Source: Chlamydiota bacterium
Lineage (GTDB): Bacteria > Auribacterota > JACPWU01
DNA length: 32,000 bases
Reading direction: 5' to 3'
Assembly (NCBI GenBank): GCA_016196885.1
Contig: JACPWU010000020.1
Span: forward strand, 1-32,000
The position numbers were made by a program, and so were the translations under genes. Below the pieces are notes generated by a model that searched no databases, was not told the DNA's origin, and saw only the letters and a list, made by a program, of their open reading frames with translations. Shown here piece by piece: positions 22,895-30,275 of the stretch (its first letter is position 1; each line of letters opens with the position of its first letter).

Positions 22895-24172
22895 TCATTC
22901 CACAATGGTTCTGATCGGCAATTTCAGCACAAAGGTACTTCCCTCGCCCTTCCTGCTTTCTACCTCAATAGAACCATCATAAGTTTGAAGTAAATTTTTG
23001 ACAATAGACAAACCCAATCCTGTTCCCTTTTCCTTGGTGGTAAAAAAGGGATTGTAAATTTTGTTCATTGCACTCTCATCCATTCCGATCCCGGTGTCTG
23101 AGATGGAAATATTCAAAACATCCTCGTCGCTCCAATAAGTCATCAGGGTGATGACCCCTTCAGGCCCCTTTGCTAAAATGGCCTCCGCTGCATTGATGAC
23201 CAAGTTCTGAAGGATTTGACGCAAATGCCCTTCGTCAAAAAAAATCAAAGGGATGTCCTTACGAAACTTTTTTCTGATCTCCAGCTTCGGATAAGCTGCT
23301 TCAAAATGAATTTCCTCAATGACATCCGTTAACACTTGATTGACATTCAATTTGGCCAATTTTACATTAGATAGTTTCGCATAGTCCATGATCTGATTCA
23401 AAATTTTATCAGACCTTTCCACTTCTTCACGAATGATATGAAGGTGTTTTTGAATTTCTACACTTTTTTCTTCAGCGTGTCGCTCTAAATAATAGGCAGC
23501 ATTATACATGATGCTCAGGGGATTTTTAAGCCCATGTGCAATTTCACCCGCGAGGCGACGAACGGCATGAATTTTTTCGCGCCTTAATTGAAGTTCTCTC
23601 TCCTCTTCCCTTTTGAGCGCCCTTTGTTGAATCAGGGCATAAATTCCCCAGCAGCAAATCGAAACCAAAACAAGAACCACAATCCTCAAGTAAAAGACTT
23701 CCCGAAAAAAAAGATCTGATTCCCTTTCTGCCAAATAAACAACGCCCCCATAAAAAAAACAAAAGGCCAAGTTGATGATTCCCTGTTCAGAAATCTTAGG
23801 AAAATTAACGGCATTGCGAATCATCAGACCCGAATACATCCAATAGAGCGGACTTTCGAGCCCTCCGGTCATGGGAATCAAGAAGCTCAAATAAAGATTG
23901 TCAATGATGGAGAGAAAAAAGGCTGAGATGCGGATTGAAAGACTGGCTTTCTCTCTCCTCTGAGCCCACGTGAGGATGATAAAAAAAATCACATTTGCCG
24001 TAATATAGAGGGCCGTCTGATAATACAAAAATCTCCTGGAAAGAATATGAAATTCGGCAGAGGGCACCCAAAAGAAAAGAAAGGAAAACAAGAGAAAGGC
24101 TGCCTTCACAGGCATCATGATCATTTTTTCTACAATCAAAATGCGACGGAGATGACGGTTCTTAATGTCCAT
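22895..24172 (-). CDS. Sensor histidine kinase with polytopic (about 6 TM) N-terminal domain (PilS-like architecture)
   Basis: H-box EIAHGLKNPLS, N-box NLVINAAEA and G-boxes DTGIGM / GTGLGLSIV. The N-terminal ~190 aa is hydrophobic. Confidence 0.85.
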   Translation of the reverse strand: MDIKNRHLRRILIVEKMIMMPVKAAFLLFSFLFFWVPSAEFHILSRRFLYYQTALYITANVIFFIILTWAQRREKASLSIRISAFFLSIIDNLYLSFLIPMTGGLESPLYWMYSGLMIRNAVNFPKISEQGIINLAFCFFYGGVVYLAERESDLFFREVFYLRIVVLVLVSICCWGIYALIQQRALKREEERELQLRREKIHAVRRLAGEIAHGLKNPLSIMYNAAYYLERHAEEKSVEIQKHLHIIREEVERSDKILNQIMDYAKLSNVKLAKLNVNQVLTDVIEEIHFEAAYPKLEIRKKFRKDIPLIFFDEGHLRQILQNLVINAAEAILAKGPEGVITLMTYWSDEDVLNISISDTGIGMDESAMNKIYNPFFTTKEKGTGLGLSIVKNLLQTYDGSIEVESRKGEGSTFVLKLPIRTIVE

Positions 24173-24821
24173 AAAGTTTAACCGCTTTTTGAATAAGCTC
24201 TCGCGCCAATTTTCTCTTTGTCCAAATTTTAAAATCCGGATGAGAAATGCGGGCTTGATCTGGGGTCAAGAATGCAAATTCTATTTTATCTGATTCAAAG
24301 CCGCATGCTTGATGACCTACACGATTGGCTACGATCATGTCCAAATTTTTGGAAAGCATTTTTTTTCTTGCATTTTCAAGGAGATGATCCGTTTCCGCAG
24401 CAAAACCGATCAGACGCTGATTCTTTTTATGGGCACCTGCCCAGGCTAAAATATCCGGATTTGGAATCAGTGCGAGGGTTTGAGGTGATTTCTTTTTCTT
24501 AAGCTTATGCCTGCTTAAATTTCCAGGGCGATAATCAGAAACGGCTGCCGTCATGATGAGAACATCACAAGTATGAAAATATTTTTTGACAGTCTGAAAC
24601 ATCTCTCGAGCAGAAATGACGTGAACCATTTTGATCGGCAAGGGAGTCAAACTGACAGGACCACTGATGAGCGTGACAGAACAACCCTGCTTGCAGGCCT
24701 CATCTGCAATGCAATATCCCATTTTGCCACTGGAGGGATTGCTTAAAAAACGCGTAGGATCTAAAAATTCTCGGGTGGGGCCGGCGGTTACTAAAATTCT
24801 AGGAAGAAATTTTACGGGCAT
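24162..24821 (-). CDS. coaB: Phosphopantothenate--cysteine ligase (CoaB), stand-alone
   Basis: ILVTAGPTREFLDPTRFLSNPSSGKMGY and AAVSDYRP motifs. The probable start is the ATG at 24821. The track start at 24842 lies inside a tandem repeat. Confidence 0.85.
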   Translation of the reverse strand: MPVKFLPRILVTAGPTREFLDPTRFLSNPSSGKMGYCIADEACKQGCSVTLISGPVSLTPLPIKMVHVISAREMFQTVKKYFHTCDVLIMTAAVSDYRPGNLSRHKLKKKKSPQTLALIPNPDILAWAGAHKKNQRLIGFAAETDHLLENARKKMLSKNLDMIVANRVGHQACGFESDKIEFAFLTPDQARISHPDFKIWTKRKLARELIQKAVKLYGH

Positions 24822-24828
24822 GTTATTC

Positions 24829-24907
24829 AGTCCATAGTCCATAGTCCATAGCCCACAGAAAAATAATTCTTTATAAACTATCGACCGTGGACTATCGACT
24901 ATGGACT
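24829..24907. repeat. Inverted heptamer arrays forming a ~20-bp hairpin that fills the coaC-coaB spacer
   Basis: (AGTCCAT)x3+AGCCCAC lies at 24829-24858, then a 19-nt AT-rich loop, then the complementary ..GTGGACT ATCGACT ATGGACT at 24878-24907. Of the first 20 positions, 19 pair. Confidence 0.85.
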
Positions 24908-25458
24908 TTTTTAAGACACGATTCTATTTTCTTCAAAATAGCGTCCTGCGAGGCCAATCGCCCAATCCCTTCATATCCGCAAGCCAGATACCCACTTTCA
25001 GGTTCGACAAAATGGTATCCATGAGCCTTTAATTTTTTGAGATTCTCCTGAAAGATCGTATTCATATACATTTGGTCATTCATGGCAGGGGCAAAAATCA
25101 CAGGAGAGCGTGTAGCAAGAAGGGTGGTCGAAACAATGTCATCTGCAATCCCATGGGCGACCTTTCCAATGATATTGGCTGTTGCAGGAGAGATGACGAT
25201 TAAATCCGCCCAATGCGCCACTTGAACGTGCATGATATTGTCAAATTCTTCTTCATCAAATATATTCTCAATCACCGGATGTCCGGATAAAGTTTTGAGA
25301 GTCAGAGAGGTTACAAAATGGAGGGCATTTTTTGTGACAAGGACATAAACCGAGGCCCCTTCACTCACAAGAGAGCGAATGAGTTCACAAGTTTTATAGG
25401 CAGCGATAGAGGCGCAGATCCCCACCAATATTTTTTTGTTCGAAAACTTTTTTCTCAT
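24892..25458 (-). CDS. coaC: Phosphopantothenoylcysteine decarboxylase (CoaC flavoprotein), stand-alone
   Basis: KKILVGICASIAAYK and APAMNDQMY flavoprotein motifs. The ATG at 25458 lies 2 nt after the gmk stop. Confidence 0.85.
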   Translation of the reverse strand: MRKKFSNKKILVGICASIAAYKTCELIRSLVSEGASVYVLVTKNALHFVTSLTLKTLSGHPVIENIFDEEEFDNIMHVQVAHWADLIVISPATANIIGKVAHGIADDIVSTTLLATRSPVIFAPAMNDQMYMNTIFQENLKKLKAHGYHFVEPESGYLACGYEGIGRLASQDAILKKIESCLKKVHSR

Positions 25459-25460
25459 TT

Positions 25461-26090
25461 TTACATTTCTTCCTTGATCGAATTTTCCAAAACTTTCACC
25501 CATTCCCTTTGACGTTCCAGCCGATGCCTTTCTGCTAAGATGATCGCCTGAAGGGTCAAAACAGTTGTATCAATGCGATCATTGGTTACCCCATAATCAT
25601 AACGCTGAGCCACTTGAATCTCGCGGTGAAACTCTTTCAATCTTAGGTTGATTTCCAGATCGGTGTCTGTCTTACGATGATACAACCTTCCCTTTAAAAT
25701 TTCCAAGGAAGGTGGAAGAATAAAAACAAGAACGGACTTTCGTTTAGACTGAATTTGAAGCGCCCCCTGGGTATCCACATCCAAGAGAACATCTTTCCCC
25801 TCTTTTAAAGCCTGGTCAATCGGCTCACGGGGGGTCCCATAAAAGGATTGATACACCTGGGCATACTCTAAAAAAAGATTTTTCTCTTTTCTCTTTTGAA
25901 ATTCTTCTGGAGAAATAAAAAAATAATCTTTTCCATCTATTTCTCCAGAACGAGGTTTACGGGTTGTGCAAGAAACAGAATAGAAAAGATCCGGAAGCAT
26001 TTCTAAAAGTTTTTTTCGCACGGTCGTCTTTCCTCCCCCCGAAGGAGAGGAAATGACGATTAAAAGGCCTGGTAAATGTGAATGGCTCAT
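25461..26090 (-). CDS. gmk: Guanylate kinase
   Basis: P-loop SPSGGGKTT, TTRKPRSGE and the typical ~200 aa length. Confidence 0.9.
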   Translation of the reverse strand: MSHSHLPGLLIVISSPSGGGKTTVRKKLLEMLPDLFYSVSCTTRKPRSGEIDGKDYFFISPEEFQKRKEKNLFLEYAQVYQSFYGTPREPIDQALKEGKDVLLDVDTQGALQIQSKRKSVLVFILPPSLEILKGRLYHRKTDTDLEINLRLKEFHREIQVAQRYDYGVTNDRIDTTVLTLQAIILAERHRLERQREWVKVLENSIKEEM

Positions 26091-26129
26091 AAGATTCTAC
26101 CCAAAACTCCGGCGGATCACCCCCTTAGA

Positions 26130-27008
26130 TTATTCAATATTCTGAATCTGCTCTCTGATTTTATCCAATTCATTTCGGACTTCAACTGTCAATCTGGAAA
26201 TATCCAAATCATTGGACTTCGAGGCCACGGTGGTAATCTCGCGCACCATTTCTTGCGTGAGAAAATCTAGGAGCCTCCCAATGCTTTCGTTGTTGGATTC
26301 AAACGCCTGATAAAACTGACTCACGTGGCTTCCCAGACGAACGATTTCTTCCGTGATATCCAACCGCTCCGCCATCAAGGCCACTTCTCGAATGACGCGG
26401 TCCTCATTGTCCTCTCGATCCGCCAGAAGCTCAGAGAGCTTTTTACGAACACGCGTCTCATACCGTTGAAGGGCCAGAGGAGCCAGGGCTTCAACTTCCT
26501 TGACCTTCACTTGAATTAAACTAAGTCTCTTAGAAATATCTTCCAGCAGTACCTTGCCCTCCCTTTCTCTCATTTGAGTCAACTCATGAAGAGCTGAAGT
26601 CAAAGTTTCGCAAACCCCCCTTTTAATTTCTTCTTCATTCAAAGGGGTTCTTTCAAAGGACAAAATATCCTTGTAGGAAAGAACATCTTTCAACGTAATA
26701 TCATCTTCCAAATCGAGTTCGTCACTCAAGGCCCTTAAGGCCTCTACGTATTTATGGGCCAATTCCGTATCAATCACAAATTCGACATCGTCTGGCATAA
26801 TCTGAAGATCTACATAGGCCTGAACCCGTCCCCTCTTCACATGTTTCCCAACCGTGTCCTTTAAAGACTGTTCAAAACTCGCCAATTCCTTGGGAAGATT
26901 AAGAGAAACCTCCAAGTATTTCCGATTGGTCGTTGAAAGCTCAACCACGATTTTTCCGGAGGCAAGTTGACCTTCCGCTCGCCCGTAGCCTGTCATGCTT
27001 TTGATCAT
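26130..27008 (-). CDS. yicC: YicC family protein (YicC N-terminal domain + DUF1732)
   Basis: MIKSMTGYGRA at the N-terminus and a C-terminal QEMVREITTVASKSND block. 292 aa. Confidence 0.85.
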   Translation of the reverse strand: MIKSMTGYGRAEGQLASGKIVVELSTTNRKYLEVSLNLPKELASFEQSLKDTVGKHVKRGRVQAYVDLQIMPDDVEFVIDTELAHKYVEALRALSDELDLEDDITLKDVLSYKDILSFERTPLNEEEIKRGVCETLTSALHELTQMREREGKVLLEDISKRLSLIQVKVKEVEALAPLALQRYETRVRKKLSELLADREDNEDRVIREVALMAERLDITEEIVRLGSHVSQFYQAFESNNESIGRLLDFLTQEMVREITTVASKSNDLDISRLTVEVRNELDKIREQIQNIE

Positions 27009-27018
27009 AAGTCCCTTT

Positions 27019-27612
27019 CTATTTTTTTATCCTCTGACTCCCCGGCTTCGTCACTGGCTTACCTTCCTGACACAAAGGACATTTGCTTCGATCATACGTC
27101 GGGAAATCCGCATGGATGAGAGCCTCTAGGCGGAAGGGCCATTCAATTTTTCCTCCGGTCCTATCCACCCAAGTTGCAAAGCCCAAGACATGCGCTCCTA
27201 AATTCTCACATAAATGAGCCAATTCTAGTATAGATCCACCTGTTGTGACAACATCTTCTACCAGGAGAATTCTCTCGCCTTTTTTAATCTCAAAACGTCT
27301 CAATTCGAGAGCGGCTTCTTTGCGTTCTGCATAAATCGCCCGTTTCCCTAAAATCCTCCCCATTTCATAAGCAATGATAATGCCCCCCATCGCCGGCCCC
27401 ATGACCCCATCTACCTCCTTGGCGGAAAACCGAAGGGCCAGCCGCTGGCATAATGAATGGGCTATGTCCGGATATTGAAGAAGGCGAGCACATTGAAGAT
27501 AAAAAGCGCTGTGTTTCCCAGAGGCCAATTCAAAATGGCCTTCTAACAGGGCTTCTTTTTCCTTAAAAAGTTTGAGCAATGCTTGTGAAGCAGTTTGCTG
27601 AGGCATGTCCAT
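27019..27612 (-). CDS. pyrE: Orotate phosphoribosyltransferase
   Basis: LEGHFELASGKHS and the PRPP-binding loop ILLVEDVVTTGGS. The start is the ATG at 27612 or 27606. The longer track ORF starts with a GTG inside the repeat. Confidence 0.85.
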   Translation of the reverse strand: MDMPQQTASQALLKLFKEKEALLEGHFELASGKHSAFYLQCARLLQYPDIAHSLCQRLALRFSAKEVDGVMGPAMGGIIIAYEMGRILGKRAIYAERKEAALELRRFEIKKGERILLVEDVVTTGGSILELAHLCENLGAHVLGFATWVDRTGGKIEWPFRLEALIHADFPTYDRSKCPLCQEGKPVTKPGSQRIKK

Positions 27613-27631
27613 AAAATACCGATTAAAAATT

Positions 27632-27693
27632 AAGAATGAAAAATGAAAAATTTTCAAAGCAACTACATTTTTCACTCTTCATTTTTCACCCTT
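27632..27693 (-). repeat. Inverted tandem-repeat hairpin in the pyrF-pyrE spacer
   Basis: The arms are 27632-27650 and 27675-27693, 19 positions each. On the minus-strand RNA all 19 pair (15 Watson-Crick plus 4 G-U). On the plus strand the same 4 positions are A-C mismatches. Confidence 0.8.
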
Positions 27694-28410
27694 CATTGAT
27701 TTTATCATTTTTTCATACACCTCACGGGGTCTTTCGGCTTCATAAAGCGGGCGACCCATAACCAAATAGTCGGCTCCTTTCAGGAGGGCTTCCCGAGGCG
27801 TAAGCGTTCGCTTTTGATCCGCCTTCGCATTCTCTTCCATGCGAATTCCAGGACAGACAATTTTAAAATCCTTTCCGGCAAGAGCTCGGATCAAATCAAT
27901 CTCTTGAGGAGAAGCAACCACTCCATCCAAACCACTTTCTTTCGCAAGCACGACCAGTTGAGAAACAAACTCTTTCAAGGAAAGATTTATTTTTAATTCA
28001 TTCCTTAAAACAGCCTCGTCCAGACTGGTTAAAACACTGATCCCGACGATATAGGGTTTTGCCATTTTGAGCTGTGACGAAATTTCAGAAGCGCTTTTGA
28101 GAGCGGCCTCCAACATCTGTCTTCCCCCTGCCAAATGAACGGTAAGCATTCGAACGCCCCACGGCACAACGCTCGAAATCGCAGAGGCAACGGTGTTGGG
28201 AATGTCATGAAATTTAAAATCGAGAAAGATTTCCAACCCCCTTTTTTGAACCATTTTTAAGAGGGCCTCCCCATGCTTGTAAAAAGTAGAGGAGCCCATT
28301 TTGACCATTTTTAGATAGCCAGACAGTTCATCCAGCACAAACTCCGCCCTTTTTAAATCGGGCATGTCTAAGGCTAAAATGATTTTTTGATAAATTTCTT
28401 GTTTATTCAT
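27679..28410 (-). CDS. pyrF: Orotidine 5'-phosphate decarboxylase
   Basis: ALDMPD and DFKFHDIPNTV motifs. 243 aa. ATGA-type overlap with pyrD. Confidence 0.9.
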   Translation of the reverse strand: MNKQEIYQKIILALDMPDLKRAEFVLDELSGYLKMVKMGSSTFYKHGEALLKMVQKRGLEIFLDFKFHDIPNTVASAISSVVPWGVRMLTVHLAGGRQMLEAALKSASEISSQLKMAKPYIVGISVLTSLDEAVLRNELKINLSLKEFVSQLVVLAKESGLDGVVASPQEIDLIRALAGKDFKIVCPGIRMEENAKADQKRTLTPREALLKGADYLVMGRPLYEAERPREVYEKMIKSMKGEK

Positions 28411-29306
28411 TTTAGTTTTAATTCATTGATATTTTTAAATCCAAACTTTTTCATGTAATCTTTTAGACCTTTTAAAATTTTCACGGCGGCCAAGGGATCA
28501 TAAAAATTAGCCGTTCCAATAGAGATGGCCGTCGAGCCTGCCAATATAAATTCTACTGCGTCCTCGGCTGTCGAGATTCCTCCCATTCCTAAAATGGGAA
28601 TGTTGACCTTCGAATGTATCTCATAAACCAAACGAAGCGCAACGGGTTTAATGGCAGGACCTGAAAGACCTCCTGTAATAGATTTTAATACAGGCTTCCT
28701 TCGATCAATATCAAAGGCCATTCCGATCAGGGTGTTGATCACAGAAACTGCATCGGCCCCGGCAGATCGAACCGCCTCGGCCATGGCCACAATATCTGTC
28801 ACATGGGGAGAAAGTTTGGTCAAAACTGCGCGGGAAAATTTTTTCCGAACCCGAGAGGTGACTTCATAGACCTTGTCAGGATTTGTTCCAAAATGAATCC
28901 CGCCCTCTTTGACATTCGGACAAGAAAGATTGATTTCCAGGGCCGCCACTTCTGGAATCGCATTTAAACGCTCTGCAATTTCCTCATATTCTTCAACGGT
29001 GACCCCATTGATATTGGCCAAAATGGCCGTGTTGTATTTTTTTAAGAATGGAATTTTCTTTTGAATAAAAGCTTCAACGCCCACATTTTGAAGACCGATG
29101 GAATTGAGCATGCCGGAAGGAGTTTCAACAATTCTCTGAGGAGGATTTCCTTTTTTGGGCTTGAGGGTCAGTCCCTTTACAAAAATCCCGCCCAATTCAT
29201 TGAGATCTATGAGCTGGCTAAATTCCTCACCATAGCCAAAGGTGCCTGAGGCAACCGTGACTGGATTCTTTAATTTTAATCGGCCTAATTCAACTGAAAG
29301 ATTCAT
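28407..29306 (-). CDS. pyrD: Dihydroorotate dehydrogenase, class 1B catalytic subunit
   Basis: NLSCPNVKEGG active-site loop and GGISTAEDAVEFILAGSTAISIGTA. It is adjacent to pyrK. Confidence 0.9.
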   Translation of the reverse strand: MNLSVELGRLKLKNPVTVASGTFGYGEEFSQLIDLNELGGIFVKGLTLKPKKGNPPQRIVETPSGMLNSIGLQNVGVEAFIQKKIPFLKKYNTAILANINGVTVEEYEEIAERLNAIPEVAALEINLSCPNVKEGGIHFGTNPDKVYEVTSRVRKKFSRAVLTKLSPHVTDIVAMAEAVRSAGADAVSVINTLIGMAFDIDRRKPVLKSITGGLSGPAIKPVALRLVYEIHSKVNIPILGMGGISTAEDAVEFILAGSTAISIGTANFYDPLAAVKILKGLKDYMKKFGFKNINELKLK

Positions 29307-29354
29307 AAACTTTTAAACCTTTAACCCTTTAAACTTTTGAACTTTTGAACTTTT
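29307..29354. repeat. Six tandem octamers that constitute the entire pyrK-pyrD spacer
   Basis: AAACTTTT AAACCTTT AACCCTTT AAACTTTT GAACTTTT GAACTTTT is exactly 48 nt, running from the pyrK stop to the pyrD ATG. Confidence 0.9.
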
Positions 29355-30170
29355 TTACTCCCAAACAATATGGTCTGCCATAAAAACAGGTCCCTCGCGA
29401 CAGACTCGCTCGTACTGGCCCTCTTTACCGTTATGGCACTTCACCACACAGCCCATGCAAGTCCCAAGACCGCAGCCCATGTATTCTTCAAAAGCGACCT
29501 GGCATCTTAAGTGATATTCTTGAGCCAATTGTGCCACAGCCTTTTCCATCAGGCGAGGGCCACAGGTGAAAAGCTCGATAGGGATGAGTTTTGAGTTTTG
29601 AGTTTTGAGTTTTTGATCTAAGAATTTTTTAACGGCATCCGTCACCCATCCCTTTTCACCGTAACTTCCATCCTCCGTTACAAAAATGACTTTGCAATTC
29701 AAGTCTTCAAATTCTTTTTGAAGAATGGCCTGGTCTTTATTTTTAATTCCAAAATAGAGCGTCATAGAAATATTTTTCGGAGCTTCTTGAGCTAAAAAAA
29801 GAAAAGGGGCGACCCCGACCCCACCCGCTACAAAAGCCCATTCGCGAAGAGAAGTTTCTTGAAAACCCTTTCCCAAGGGGCCCCAAATATTTATTTTTTC
29901 CCCGGATTTAACCCTTGAAAGTTCCCTCGATCCTTTTCCATAAATTTTGTAGAGAAATGAGAGGATATCCCCTTCTCTTTTGTAAACGCTGTAGGGTCTT
30001 CCAAGAAGGACACTCGATCTTTCAGGTTTGAGCATTGCAAATTGTCCGGGGAAGGCCCCTCGAGCCATTTCTGCGGTTTGGAGGGAAAGAATAAAAAATT
30101 TGTCCGCTATTTTTTCATTTTTTAAAACAGGAAGTGTCTGATAAAAAATCAAGTCGGGAATCTTTCCCAT
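29355..30170 (-). CDS. pyrK: Dihydroorotate dehydrogenase electron-transfer subunit (FAD/[2Fe-2S])
   Basis: RPYSV FAD-binding motif and GGVGVAP. The C-terminal cluster CGLGTCMGCVVKC...VCREGPVF is present. Confidence 0.9.
   Translation of the reverse strand: MGKIPDLIFYQTLPVLKNEKIADKFFILSLQTAEMARGAFPGQFAMLKPERSSVLLGRPYSVYKREGDILSFLYKIYGKGSRELSRVKSGEKINIWGPLGKGFQETSLREWAFVAGGVGVAPFLFLAQEAPKNISMTLYFGIKNKDQAILQKEFEDLNCKVIFVTEDGSYGEKGWVTDAVKKFLDQKLKTQNSKLIPIELFTCGPRLMEKAVAQLAQEYHLRCQVAFEEYMGCGLGTCMGCVVKCHNGKEGQYERVCREGPVFMADHIVWE
29586..29613. repeat. Four perfect tandem heptamers (GAGTTTT) inside the pyrK coding sequence
   Basis: GAGTTTT x4 encodes QKLKTQNSKL on the minus strand, just before the conserved ...FTCGP segment. 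Confidence 0.9.
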
Positions 30171-30275
30171 TTTTTAAGAACCTCTCTATTACGTGGTTAT
30201 AGCAATAACCCACCTCACCCCGCTTATTTAAGGGGGGAACGGGGGATTACCTTTCTATAGCCTTCTAACCTTGCA

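Noticed and set aside
29307-29354. The tandem arrays here, and those at 12113, 22851, 24829 and 29586, as possible CRISPR arrays.
   Set aside because: The units are 7-8 nt and directly abut with no spacers. CRISPR repeats are about 24-48 nt, separated by unique spacers of similar size. No cas genes are present in the window.
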